A DNA stretch of 63,710 bases, the filler included, from Octopus bimaculoides (taxonomy: Eukaryota): assembly GCF_001194135.2 (NCBI RefSeq). It is 5 parts of 5 records of this genome, joined end to end, with 100 filler letters (N's around TTAATTAATTAA, not from the genome) between each part and the next. Parts side by side here need not be neighbours in the genome. Positions count along the whole stretch, not along the records: positions 46,507 to 53,016 come from NC_068995.1; positions 53,117 to 63,710 come from NC_069008.1; 3 more parts are not named here. The stretch is one strand, 5' to 3'. The position numbers and the translations under genes are program-made. A model generated the notes under the pieces. That model did no database searches and had not been told where the DNA came from. It saw nothing but the letters and a program-made list of their open reading frames with translations. Shown here one piece after another: positions 50,564 to 63,710 of this stretch (positions are counted from its first letter, which is position 1; every line of letters begins with the position of its first letter).

Positions 50564-51879
50564 TATATATATACGTGTGTGTGTTGTTGTTGTTGTTGTT
50601 GTTTTATACGCTTTTGAAATCATTAAGTGTGAAATACAACGATATTTAAGATCCGTGATAAATTATAAATTAATTTCTTCCTTTATAAAAAAAATAGTCT
50701 CTGAGTATATGTGTGTGAGCACGAACGAGTGTGTGTATATATGTATATAGTGTTATGCATACCTACACATACACATTTACATATGCATATATGTGTGTAT
50801 GTGTGTGTACATATATATAGTATACATATATGTAAATGTATATACATATACACCCTCACAGACCCACACTCACAAACAAGTATATATTCATTTATGTATA
50901 GTACGAAATATGACCACGTTCACGTGTGTCCGTTCACGTATAATTGAGATTGTACGATTTGGGGTGGGTTAGGCTGAAAGTCAACACTGGATCGTTATAA
51001 AGTATATTAAACAGGTCCTTATATAAACTATATAAATCCATAATAGACAGCTGCTGATGGTATAATGACCGTTTCTCCGTCAACCAAGAAGCCGTGTTAA
51101 CAAGAGGGCAAATCAGGCTGATATTACCGAGATATTTCCAATGGAACTTGGTTTAAGTCTCCATTAACGAGGAGAAGGGAAATTAAATCTTCAAACCGGG
51201 ATTGGAATGATGAAGCAAAGTTTAAAGGGTCGAGGATAAGGCGGAGGGAATATCGTCGTTTCGGAAGAATTATTATTAAGTTCTCTGATATGATACGGTT
51301 TGTTGTGTATGTGGTTAAAAGGCTGGTTTTGTAATCTTGTGGTTTCGGGTTCAGTCTCACGATGCAGCAGCTTTAACAAAATATCTTCTTCTTATAGCCC
51401 GGAGCTGACCCATGAATGAGCTGTGAGTGAACAACGACAAGTAACATGAAGAACGACCCTTCATCAGTTTACAGCTGTCCTACTCCGGAAGGATGATTTG
51501 ATAGACTGGAGCAATCATAGGCTAACTGCGGCCCGTGAGACTTTCAGCAAGGCATGCCTAACATAAAATGAACAGCACCTGACGAGGAACCATATCGCAT
51601 GAGGCCCGCTTCCCGAGAAAGATCATCCATGCCCGGATAGACACTTCGAGGCCGTGGTCTGACTGCAACAAAGAATCGATGTGCGTACGTGTGTGTGTGT
51701 GCGTGTGTGTGTCTGTCTGCCTGTCTCTGTGTGTGTGTGTGTGTGTGTGTGTGTCTGCCTGTCTCTGTCAGTGTGTGTGTGTACGCGCGTGCGTGTGTGT
51801 AAAAGGGGAGCGAGGGGATAGAAAGATAGATAGATACGCGCGTGCATACTTACGCATGTGCGTGTGTGTCTGTGTCTCT

Positions 51880-51949
<70 letters not shown>

Positions 51950-52435
51950 AAGTCTCTTCCTGTCAGTCAGAACAACTCTCAACAGCAATGAGAGACTGAC
52001 CCTAATTCTTTTGTTACCGGAGGGTGGTGGGGGGTAGAGGGGGAGGAAGAGTTAGCTTTAAATGAGGTCATGGGGTCAAAGGCATTCGGACGAGTCGTGT
52101 CAAACAATATACATTGCTAGAGATGGTGAGAACATCTTGATATATTTACACACGCACGCGCACAAACACACATGTCGGCAGGTGTACACAACACTTACAC
52201 ATGTTATCTCGTCCTAACTATCTTCTGTATCTCTTCTCCCCCTCTCTCATTCTCTCTCTCTCTCTCTCTCCCTGACCTCCCTCACTATCATGTATTCCTA
52301 TCAGCATTTCCTTAACTTTACATACTCCCTCGCTGCTCCTACTCTTTCTCTCTCACACGCACTCGCACGCCCGCCACTCTCTCTCTCTCTCAGACACACA
52401 CATATATAATTAGATAGATAGATAGATAGATAGAT

Positions 52436-52750
52436 ATTCTATCTTTTACCTGTTTCAGTCATCAGACAGCGGTCTCGCTGGAGCACTGCATTGAAGAAGT
52501 TTAGTCGAACGAATGTGCCCCAGAACTTATTTTTTAAGCTTGGTACGTAATCTATACCGAACCGGTAAATTACGAGGTAAATTACGATTGTCAATGATGG
52601 TGGAACAGACACAGACACAAAAATATACATATATATGCATATATGACGGGCTTCTTTCAGTTTCCGTCCGCCAAATCAACTCACAAGGTTTTGGTCTCCC
52701 CGGGGCTATAGTAGAAGACATACCCAAGATGCCACGCAGTGGAACTGAAA
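52436..52750 (-). mobile_element. Family A SINE, 5'-truncated, with short internal microsatellite
   Basis: Head remnant 52645-52750, insert about 52607-52645, tail 52436-52607. Confidence 0.8.
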
Positions 52751-52790
52751 TATGTATTTGAAGATGGTCATGTTGCCGGTTTAGCCAAGG

Positions 52791-52823
<33 letters not shown>

Positions 52824-53792
52824 ATGTGTTGGTCGAGTGTTTGTTTTTTGTGGCTTATAAACGCTTGTTCACACACACACACACGGAAATATACAATCGC
52901 TGTTGACACACATAAATAAAAATACACATTCAAACACACGAAAGAGAAGACATAACTACACACACCACACACACACACACACCATACACACACACACCAC
53001 ACACACACACACACCANNNNNNNNNNNNNNNNNNNNNNNNNNNNNNNNNNNNNNNNNNNNTTAATTAATTAANNNNNNNNNNNNNNNNNNNNNNNNNNNN
53101 NNNNNNNNNNNNNNNNATATATATAATTCGATTAGAGGTTGTGTTAATCTCATGAAGGGATGGTTTCATCCGAAGATATACTGGTTGAATACCTAATATT
53201 TTTGGGGAAATAATTTCCTTAAAATAATAGGTGTATATACAAAAACATATAATGTATATTCATATAAAAGATGAAAATGGAGATTGGGAAGCTAATAATT
53301 GTTTATTATTAACAACAAATTGATCATCATCCCTTACAGCTGTTTCAATTAATACTCAGTGAATCTAATTAAATATTAAATTCATATGTCCTGAGCATAA
53401 TATCTCCAGAGGGAAAGAGAATGTAGCCTTGGATGTTTTATATATGTTTATTCAATTCATTATAGTAGACTGAATGATACTGTTTATGATTTGTATTTTC
53501 ATATGTTCAGGCGAGGGGTTTGTAGATTGATTGGAGATAAGATAGAGTAGGTAAATAGAATTAGAGTAATAAATGAATAAATCAAATAGAGATGATAGAG
53601 GAAATTTAAATATAAATAAGGTAAGACTGGAATATTTGTTTATAAAGTATAAATAGTTAAGAAAATTTGTATATATGCAAGTATGCACACATACATATAC
53701 ACACATATATGCATCCGTACATCCATGTATATACACAGAGAGACATGCATATACATACATCCACACATGCACACACTTCTGCTTATATACGT

Positions 53793-54032
53793 AAAAAACA
53801 CCTTTTTTAGCGTGGGCGTTGCCAGTACCGCCTGACTGGCCTTTGTGCCAGTGGCACGTAAAAGCACCCACTACACTCTCGGAGTGGTTGGCGTTAGGAA
53901 GGGCATCCAGCTGTAGAAACTCTGCCAAATCAGATTGGAGCCTGGTGCAGCCGTGTGGCTTGCCAGTCCACAGTCAAATCGTCCAACCCATGCTAGCATG
54001 GAAAGCGGACGTTAAACGATGATGATGATGAT
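53793..54032 (+). mobile_element. 3' end of the PHD-RTE LINE family, with (GAT)n tail
   Basis: Highly similar to the reverse complement of 57149-57385. Contains the palindrome CCATGCTAGCATGG near its end. Confidence 0.9.
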
Positions 54033-54214
54033 CTATATACATATGCACACTCACAAATCTATGTGTGTATGTATATATATATTATATATATACGTTTATA
54101 TTTTCTACCCATCAACCCTAAGAAGTTAATATAGATCCATGTTGGTCAATTAATTCCAGGTGAGAAAAAAGTTACTTGTGCTGTGTCATATAAAGAGCAC
54201 TTGTACTAGTTCCA

Positions 54215-54365
54215 TATGGAAAGTACCTAATACACTAAGGTGGCTGGCATTAGGAAGGGCATCCAGTCATAGAAACCATGCCATAACAAACAAATTACAT
54301 CATGGTGCAGCACTCCAGCTTGCCATCTCCTGTCAAACCGTCCAACACTTGCCAACATGGAAAAT
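54215..54365 (+). mobile_element. Older diverged RTE 3'-end fragment
   Basis: TGGCATTAGGAAGGGCATCCAG…GTCAAACCGTCCAAC…CAACATGGAAA. Confidence 0.65.
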
Positions 54366-54694
54366 GTGTTCTGTCATGGTGAGGATAATGTTCTTAGATG
54401 GAATGTCTTTAATCATGTTTGCTCAGTCAAAGCTGACCTGGGGTTGATTAACCATGTCCAATGATATTTCTGGAGCGAGAGGCTTATTGTCTACTATGTT
54501 GTAGTTTAATATATATATGTAATCTTAACACAATGTGAAGATGTAGTTATAGTTCATAAATGTGTATACTTTGTACAGAATTCTGTTACGTAAATATTAG
54601 TAAATTAAAATGTTCTGCAATTAATCTTTGTAGAAATGTTATAAATTTTCCACTATTAAATCTGTTTTTCAATTAGCCTCTAGATTTTAAACTG

Positions 54695-54714
54695 ATGTTT
54701 CTTCATTATTTCAG
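54695..54714 (+). promoter_or_regulatory. Candidate splice acceptor for the ZNF exon
   Basis: TGTTTCTTCATTATTTCAG, about 390 nt upstream of the ATG at 55104. Confidence 0.5.
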
Positions 54715-55103
54715 AATCATAGATGATATTGGACTAACAGAAGATGCACCTTCAAAACTTTCCATCTTTTAAAGACTGAATGAAAATGCTACATGGAGGA
54801 GATAGCTAGCACTGTTTCTATGAATCCAGTGTAAAATTCCAATGACATTTTGCTCTGAACTGAGATTATTAGCAAAATTTCTGTGTCATAATCTGGAGTG
54901 TATACAAAATGAGTTTGTGTGCTAATTAAACTTGGATAATTTTCATAAGAGTGAGATAAAAGTAACATTGGACAGAAATACAGCAGTTGAAAAAATGGTA
55001 AAGAATAAACAACAAATATATTGAAATATAGACATATTTTATTTTGAGAAGAAAAGTATTACAAAAACTCAGAAACTTAAGGAACTGATTTTTTTCTGAA
55101 GAC

Positions 55104-56384
55104 ATGCCTAAAGATACAACAAAACCATTATATGACTGTGCTGTCTGTAAAAAGTCATTCACCCAGAATGGTAACCTAGTTAAACATAAGCGTATTCATA
55201 CAGGAGAGAAACCATATTGTTGTGATATCTGTGGTATATCATTTTCTCAGAATGGAAACCTAACTAAGCACAAACGTATTCATACAGGAGAGAAACCATA
55301 TAACTGTGATATCTGTGGTAAATCATTTTCTCAGAAATCTACGCTCACTAAACATAAACGTATTCATACAGGAGAGACACCATATCACTGTGATATTTGT
55401 GGTAAATCATTCTCTCAGTTTCATTACTTAACTTCTCACAAATGGATTCATAGAGGAGAGAAGCCATATCAGTGTGATATCTGTGGAAATTCCTTCTCCA
55501 GGTGTAGTTATCTCATTTCTCACAAACGTATTCATACAGGAGAGACACCATATCGCTGTAATATCTGTGGTAAATCATTTTCTCACCAATCTACCCTAAC
55601 TACACATAAACTTGTACACACAGGAGAGAAGCCACATCACTGTGGTATTTGTGGTAAATCATTCTCTGGAGGTAGTGCTTTAAATTCTCACAAGCGTATT
55701 CATACAGGAGAGAAGCCATATTGCTGTGATATCTGTGGGAAATCATTCTCTCATTGTACTGCGTTGACTAGACACATACGAATTCATACAGGAGAGAAGC
55801 CATATCACTGTGGTATTTGTGGTAAATCCTTCTCTGGACGTACTAATTTGATATGTCACAGGCGTATTCATACAGGGGAGAAGTTATATTGCTGTGATAT
55901 CTGTGGTAAATCATTCTCTCAAGGTGGTTACTTAACTAGACACAAACGAGTCCATACAGGAGAGAAGCCATATCACTGTAATATCTGTGATAAATCTTTC
56001 TCTGAAAGTGGTGAGTTAACTGTACACAAACGCATTCATACAGGAGAGAAGCCATATCATTGTGATATCTGTGGTAAATCATTCTCTCGAAATACTTCCT
56101 TAACCATTCACAAACGGATTCATACAGGAGAAAAGCCATATCAGTGTGATATCTGTGGTAAGTCCTTCTCTGGATGTAGTTATCTCATTTCTCACAAACG
56201 TGTTCATACAGGGGAGAAACCATATCAATGTGACATCTGCTGCAAATCATTCTCTGTCAGCAGTTCCTTAATAATACATAAACGTATTCATACAGGAGAG
56301 AAACCTTATTGTTGTGATATTTGTGGTAAATCATTCTGTGAAAGTAGTAAGTTAAGAAGACACAAACGTACTCATACAGTGTAG
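55104..56384 (+). CDS. C2H2 zinc-finger array protein, 15 tandem fingers (426 aa)
   Basis: Uninterrupted ORF with 15 repeats of Y/H-x-C-x2-C-x3-F-x5-L-x2-H-x3-H joined by TGEKP-type linkers. Only 9 aa precede finger 1. An upstream coding exon cannot be excluded. Confidence 0.93.
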   Translation: MPKDTTKPLYDCAVCKKSFTQNGNLVKHKRIHTGEKPYCCDICGISFSQNGNLTKHKRIHTGEKPYNCDICGKSFSQKSTLTKHKRIHTGETPYHCDICGKSFSQFHYLTSHKWIHRGEKPYQCDICGNSFSRCSYLISHKRIHTGETPYRCNICGKSFSHQSTLTTHKLVHTGEKPHHCGICGKSFSGGSALNSHKRIHTGEKPYCCDICGKSFSHCTALTRHIRIHTGEKPYHCGICGKSFSGRTNLICHRRIHTGEKLYCCDICGKSFSQGGYLTRHKRVHTGEKPYHCNICDKSFSESGELTVHKRIHTGEKPYHCDICGKSFSRNTSLTIHKRIHTGEKPYQCDICGKSFSGCSYLISHKRVHTGEKPYQCDICCKSFSVSSSLIIHKRIHTGEKPYCCDICGKSFCESSKLRRHKRTHTV

Positions 56385-56720
<336 letters not shown>

Positions 56721-56918
56721 ACTATCAATGAGAAAATTCTTAAGAACATCAAACATTTTAAGTTCCTCTTGAAACTTCAGTCAAGCCACTCATGGCTGCC
56801 TTTCTGAGTTAGTCTTTTACAGCTGGTTGAAATTTTGACGATGCCAACCTCTTTTAGTTACCTCTTAGAGCATGAAGGGATATGTTTTACTATCAAATGT
56901 GTTTGTATGAAGATTTGG

Positions 56919-56924
56919 AATAAA
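56919..56924 (+). terminator. Candidate polyadenylation signal AATAAA
   Basis: First AATAAA I found after the finger array. Confidence 0.4.
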
Positions 56925-57148
56925 CACCCTCATCTATAACTGTAAATGTATTCATATTGGAAAAGAGACTCAACAGTGTGATAACAATCTCCCCAAAGAT
57001 AACTTACCTCTGTGATATGTTTAATAGAAGCAATTTCTTCCAGATTTTGAATTTGTTTATTGTGTTGCAACCAGTATTGTCATACTTGGGAAGAATCATA
57101 ATTAATTAAGCCTACATACACACTTACCAATTATTGTTTGCCTATATT

Positions 57149-58890
57149 TCATCATCATCATCATCATTGTTTAACATCCGCTTTCCATGCTGGCATAGGT
57201 TGGACGATTTGACTGAGGACTGGTGAACCCGATGGCTGCACCAGGCTCCAGTCTGATCTAGCAGAGTTTCTACAGCTGGATGTCTTTCCTAATGCCAACC
57301 ACTCCCAGAGTGTAGTGGGTGCTTTTACGTGCCACCGGCACGAGGGCCAGTCAGGCGGTACTGGCAACGGCCACACTCAGATGGTGTTTTTTATGTGCCA
57401 CCTGCACAGGAACTAGTCCAGCGACACTGGCAACGACCTCACTCGAATGTTGTTTTTCACCTGCCACTGGTACAAGTGCCAGTAAGGTGACGCTTGTAAC
57501 AATCACGCTCGAATGGTGCTTTTTATGTGCTACCGGCACGGGAGCCAGTCAGCGGCCTTGGCAACAATCATGCTCAGATGGTGCTTTTAACGTTCCATTG
57601 GCATAGATGCCAGTCAGGTGGTACTGTCATTGGCCACGTCAGCGAATTTGATTTTGACTGTGATTTCACTTCCCTCAACAGGTCTTCGCAAGCAATGCAT
57701 AAGTAGACTGGTTACACCACTGGCTTAGGCCACAGGTTATGGTCTCACTTGGCTTGCTGGGTCTTCTTAAGCACAGCATATTTCCAAAGGTCTCGGTCAC
57801 TAGTCATTGTCTCTGAGAGGCTCAATGTTCGAAGTTCGTGCTTCACCACCTCATCCCAAGTCTTCCTGGGTCTACCTCTTCCACAAATTCCATCAATTGC
57901 TAGGGTGTGATACTTCTTCACACAGCTGTCCTCATCCATTCGCACCACATGTCCATACCAGCGCAGTTGTCTCTCTTGCACACCACATCTGATGCTTCTT
58001 ATACCCAACTTTTCTCTCAGGGTGCTTACATTCTGTCATGTATGCACACTGACATTACACATCCAGCAGAGCATACTAGCTTCATTCTTTGCCAGCTTAC
58101 GCATGTCCTCAGAAGTCACCACCCTTTTTTTCACTGCTATGTAGCATGGCTGTTTGTACACATGCATCATACAGTCTACCTTTTACTCTGAGAGAGAGAA
58201 CCTTTGTCACCAGCAGAGGTAGGAGCTCTCTGAACTTTGCCCAGGCTATTCTTATTCTAACAGCTACACTTTCAGCGCACCCTCCCCCGCTACTAACTTG
58301 GTCACCTAGATAATGGAAGCTATCAACTACTTCTAGTTTTTATCCCTGGAATGTGGCAGAAGTTGTTTTCTGCACATTTTCAGTGTTTATTGCTTCTGAG
58401 CATCTGCCACATACAAAAACTATCTTTCCAGTTAGCTTTCCTTTGATATTGCTGCACCTCTTATGTGTCCATAGCTTGCACTGGGTACATCTTATAGAGT
58501 TTCTACCTATGCCTTTTCTACAGATCGAGCAGGGCCATCTACCTGAAGGGATTCGTGGTTTGTCTGCCTTCCTACTTATTAAGACTTTGGTTTTAGCGAG
58601 GTTGACTCTAAGGTCCTTCGATTCTAATCCTTGCTTCCACACCTGAAACTTCTCTAGTTCTGATAGTGACTCAGCAATTAGGACAAGGTCGTCAGCATAG
58701 AGCAGCTTCCAGGGGCATCCTGTCTTGAATTCCCCTGTTATTACCTGGAGAACTATGATAAATAATAGGAGGCTGAGGACTGAACCTTGGTGGACCCCTA
58801 CCTCTACCTGGAATTCTTCACTGTACTCGTTGCCAACCCTCACTTTACTGACAATGTCCCTGTACATGGCTTGCACAGCTCTCACTAACC
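57149..58890 (-). mobile_element. 5'-truncated RTE-clade LINE with PHD finger inside ORF2, 66-bp 3' UTR repeats and (GAT)n tail
   Basis: GVHQGSVLSLLLF, LLYADDLVL (YADD 58688-58699), VNLAKTK, C4HC3 motif (58400-58531), LEVVDSFHYLG, RQLRWYGHVVRM and GRGRPRKTW. A stop at 58340 and further lesions occur downstream. Confidence 0.92.
57318..57640. repeat. About five tandem 65-66-bp units in the RTE 3' UTR
   Basis: The GGTGCTTTT-like anchor recurs at 57318, 57383, 57449, 57515 and 57580. Confidence 0.88.
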
Positions 58891-59720
58891 TTTTATTTGC
58901 AAGGCAGTTGATGTTTATTATTACCATAAAACCCCATGTAATTTGCGCACCTGTATAATTTACAGAAGTGATTTTTGAATATAAAAATTGTTTAAACAAA
59001 GCTTCTACTTGTGTAAAATTTGCCCCCAAAAGTTTTCTGATTGCCAATACGGCCAGATGGAAAAGGTTTTCAATTTAGTTGTATTTAGCATAATTTCACT
59101 TACTTATGATTAGATTTTATTAAATTTTCATTAAATAAACGTAAGTTCTTTTTAACAGGTATCACATTGGAAGCTATTAAATTACAAAGTGTTTGTGTTG
59201 TTTATCATAAACTTTATTTTGTCCGATCTTTAGCATACGTCTGTATGTCTTCTCAAATCATGATCACAGGAAACGTTGTTGATAATTCTTATCAAGAAAA
59301 ACGAAGCTGACAAATATGCACAAGTGTTGCAAAATAAGTTTAATTACCAATAAGCATCAACTTGGATGACACTTTACTCAACTGACAGAGGAAGGTGACG
59401 GACCAAACTGATTATGAAAACAGAATTCTGATTGGCCAAAAGCGTCTTCTCGTCTCAAGCTCTGATTTTCTACCTATTCTTGTCAGAACTTTTGATATGG
59501 TGTATCGAAATTTTAATCCCTTTCATGCTTACAAAATGTCAAGCAAACTTAAATATTCGTCATTACCATTTTAGCCAGGAGACCAAACTGATAGCTTGGT
59601 AACCCGCTAAAATAAACATTAAAAATGGAAAATAAACAGGTTTGCAAGTTTAACTCTGTGTTTATTGACCAAGAGAGGTATGAAATTTAAGAAGCATATT
59701 GTTAGAATATACATGTAGTG

Positions 59721-59812
59721 AAACTACCTATCGCCATTAGATACAAAACTACCGATCGCCATTACATACGAAACTACCTATCGCCATTAGATACAAAACT
59801 ACTATCGCCATT
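59721..59812. repeat. 25-bp tandem repeat (AAACTACCTATCGCCATTAGATACA) x3.7
   Basis: Units at 59721, 59746, 59771 and 59796. Units 1 and 3 are identical. Confidence 0.95.
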
Positions 59813-59829
59813 CTTCTCATTTAAATATA

Positions 59830-60040
59830 AACAAGCGCGGGCGTAGCGGATGGTCATCACGTGACTGATTATTATTCGAATCGGCAACTTCTTCGAACCG
59901 TTCCCGCCAGAACGCAAACTGACCAATTACAGCCCTTAATAAGGTCACATGATAGAGTATTTTTCTGAAGCCTCTGGGAGCCTTCCATCAACTATAAAAA
60001 TAGCTTTAATTCAGCGGCAAATTCGTCTCGGTTCAGTTTC
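59830..60040 (+). promoter_or_regulatory. Candidate Pol II promoter
   Basis: CpG-rich patch with TCACGTGA (59857-59864), TTCCCGCC (59901-59908), CCAAT (59923-59927), TATAAAAA (59993-60000) and TCAGTT (60033-60038). Confidence 0.45.
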
Positions 60041-61357
60041 TCTTTGAGAGACTGTTCCGTGTACCACACGACAGCAGCAGCAGCAATCAGCCCGCGACTC
60101 CATCAACAGCTTAGTCCAGCCAACGATTACCACCGCCGTCGCCACATCAGCAACACGATTCTACGATTACTACTAACCAGCATCAATCTCCACCAGCGTC
60201 AACACGACTTTCTATGTACACCAATTCAAACCACCGCGGCACATCTCTCTCTTCGATTCTGTTTGGTGACTCAGCTTCACCACGATAAATAAACAGACAA
60301 GAATTTCAGCCAGCGCCGAACGTCTGTCCTCAAGATTCAGGCCCGGCATAGAAGCCAACATCACAACTAGTGATCAGCCCTGCCACACATACGCCTCAAC
60401 TACTTTCACATACATGTCTGTGAGGAGACATAGACTAGAATGGCAAAAATCTACTATACCAAAAGAACTGGTAATACATACAAGTGTTCTAAGAAGAGAA
60501 CATAAGATTGCTGCATAATACAATATGAATGTGAAACGAAATTAAACATCGTATAAGGTAAATGAAGGTTTCTGTAGGAACGCTAAGTCATATTCACTTA
60601 GTGAGTTTACATGCACAAGGATGAATTATGTCATTGTTAATTGCAGCATGAGTTGGTTGAGGCGATGAATTTCATTGTCCTAACATGGAGAAAACGTGCA
60701 ACAGCTTCCTGGAGGTAAACACAAGCTAGACTTCTTAAGCGGAGAAAAACTGATCTATTTAAGGAAATTCCTGGGCTCCATTCGATAGGTAGAAAATCCA
60801 AGCCATGTAAAATATGGCCTGGACCCTGATTACCAGCATGAATGTCAAACTCCAAAATGTAGTTAACCATTTAATGGTTTTAGTTCCTTTATTCAGAAAA
60901 AGTAAGCATTATACCGTCCAGCATAAAATCAACTTCATTATATTTTTCCAGTAAAAACCTATTCTGACATTAAATGAGTCAACGTCCGGTACGAATGTTC
61001 ACATTTGTACGTCATTTTGCAACAAAAATTTCTAAAAAAAAACCTGGAAACGATCTCCCGTAAATTACGCACCCACTAAAGTTTATTTTTGTTTTTGCGA
61101 AAAAAATGTAAATTGCATGGATTTTTACAGTGCGTCTCCAGAATATTTTTTTTTTGTTATGTATGTATGATACAGAATCAATTAGTACGTTCTAGTGTGA
61201 TGGAATATTCTATATTTCGTTTTTGATAGCAAATCTGGACTCATACCACACCATGATCCTTTTTCGGATGTTTCTAAATAAACTCCTCCACACTGACGTT
61301 TAATCTATTTTTGTGATGTAGGACTAACCAAAAGCCTTGCTGTTGAATGTGTTTTAA

Positions 61358-62220
<863 letters not shown>

Positions 62221-62399
62221 TTCTTGCGCCTGGAAGTTTCTATTAATGAGGATTTCAATCATAAGAGGCAGGCCATCACACCGTATGATCTCTTCTTTCT
62301 TGATCTTCTCAAAGAGAGTAATATTAATGATTTGTCATAGTTGTCTCATCGTATAAGCATGTAACGTATCTACTTGAGCTTTATTGATTGTCCAGGGTT

Positions 62400-62940
62400 T
62401 ACTCCATATAGTGAGAATTTACAAAACAAAAAAGAAAGATGAAGACGGGTGTGTAAACAACAAACAAATGTATTAGTTTAACGCTCGGGAAGTGAGAAAG
62501 TCTTTTACGTTTCGAACCTACGCTCTTCGACAGAAAGAAACACAGAAATAAACAGGGAGAGAAAATAGAGAAAGGCTCAGTGGCTAGCGATCTATCATGG
62601 TGAATGCCAGACAGAGGGGTCACACAGGAGAGCTAGGAAGAAGGAGAGATAATAAAGTAGTGGTGATAAAACGAAGGTGTATGTGCGTGTGGAAGGGGGC
62701 TGGTGACCTTGACGTGTGCATGTGTAAGTGTGTGGATGATGGTATTACAACCTGGATGAAAGAGTTATACAAATAATAAATGAGTATATGCATATATACG
62801 TACATGTATGTACATACCTACATCTACATGTGTATATAGATGCATATCTGGGTACAGGACGTTGCAAAAAAAACGTGGACAAAATGATAAACAGAGTACA
62901 GAAAACACACAGGCCCCATAGAGAACATTTCCTTCATCAG
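62400..62940 (-). mobile_element. Repeat family G fragment (Penelope-like terminal-repeat type) carrying a hammerhead-like motif
   Basis: Overlap homology with 30315-30480, plus the motif at 62500-62541. Confidence 0.6.
62500..62541 (-). ncRNA. Minimal type I hammerhead ribozyme-like fold, non-canonical core
   Basis: The minus strand reads UCUUU-CUGUCGA-A-GAGC-GUAG-GUUC-GAAAC-GUA-AAAGA. Stem I is 5 bp, stem II is 4 bp, stem III is the palindrome ACGU, and the triplet is GUA. Confidence 0.55.
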
Positions 62941-63710
62941 AATTATAGCCTGGTACACCTTACAAGGCTTGGTTTTGCCTAACAGGTACACTACAGTTTG
63001 CAATGATCTGAGAGAAAAAGGGCTCTGAAAAGAGTTATTTCCCGTAAATTGTGTGTGTGCAACGAAAAAATAAAAAAATTCGCTTGCGCATTAAACCTGT
63101 TTAATTGGACATGAAAAAGAGACGCATGCGCATTAAACTGGCTTTCGTTTTTATCTTCACTTCGGAATTTTTGTGTTTAAATTAATTCCTTTTAAATTCA
63201 GTGCCATTCGCAGTTTATTAAATATTTCTCGTCCACCACACACATTGTTATAATACATTTTTTCAATAATTCTACACACAGTACATTTCTCAGCTACCAC
63301 ACACACCATTATAACAACACAATCCTTTATAAAACATTTCCGTAAGTATTCAACAATGAAAATATTTTCTTCTTTTAGTCCTGTCGATGTCCTTCGTTTT
63401 TGACGCGTCGATTTTTTGTGTCTCATAACTTTTATAGATGAAGTATGTCTGATTTGTGCGTGATTTGGCTGCTACTTCTTGCTATGAAACCTACTTTGTT
63501 GACTGTCCATCGTTGCCTTGTTAGTTTGTTGTGTGACTTAGTTTTGAGAAATATTTTGTACGTCTGTGTGTGCTTCTGTTTTTATGTATTTATGTGTGTA
63601 GAATGTAAATATAACAAAAACAATGTCGCATTTTAAACTTAGACAAAAAAAAACCTTGCATATATGTTCTTACCTGCTTCATGTCTGTATGTAAAGTCTG
63701 TAAATTTCCC

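Noticed and set aside
58922-61132. Pair of inverted ends (TACCATAAAACCCCATGTAATTTGC versus reverse complement near 61108-61132) as one 2.2-kb transposon enclosing the promoter
   Set aside because: Only about 18 of 25 positions match and there is no clear TSD. More likely two separate old DNA-transposon remnants.

Overview
AT-rich, microsatellite-dense, gap-rich animal genomic DNA. It is most likely a coleoid cephalopod (Octopus-like); this is inferred from the repeat landscape and zinc-finger style, not from a database match. The only intact host gene I can support is a 15-finger C2H2 zinc-finger ORF (55104-56384, +) with no effector domain in the ORF. It is followed by decaying fingers, and a disrupted tandem paralog lies at 61412-62220. 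The rest is mostly transposable-element debris: two mariners (one full length, Hsmar1/cecropia-like), R4/Dong-clade RLE retrotransposons associated with (TAA)n, Tx1/L1-type pieces, two RTE-clade LINEs, several tRNA-derived SINE families, a Helentron-like non-autonomous element and a long-TIR MITE. Most notable observations: (1) a minimal type I hammerhead-like fold with a non-canonical core at 62500-62541 (-); (2) a shared pseudoknot-capable motif next to CTGATGAAG in two divergent repeat families; (3) a C4HC3 PHD finger inside the RT region of an RTE ORF; (4) a 2.2-kb (TAA)n-tailed element carrying ~205-bp monomers that splits a Dong-like RT at one codon; (5) a SINE with a variable internal microsatellite. 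Four TTAATTAATTAA pads flanked by 44 Ns are assembly artefacts. All alignments were made by eye and boundaries are approximate.
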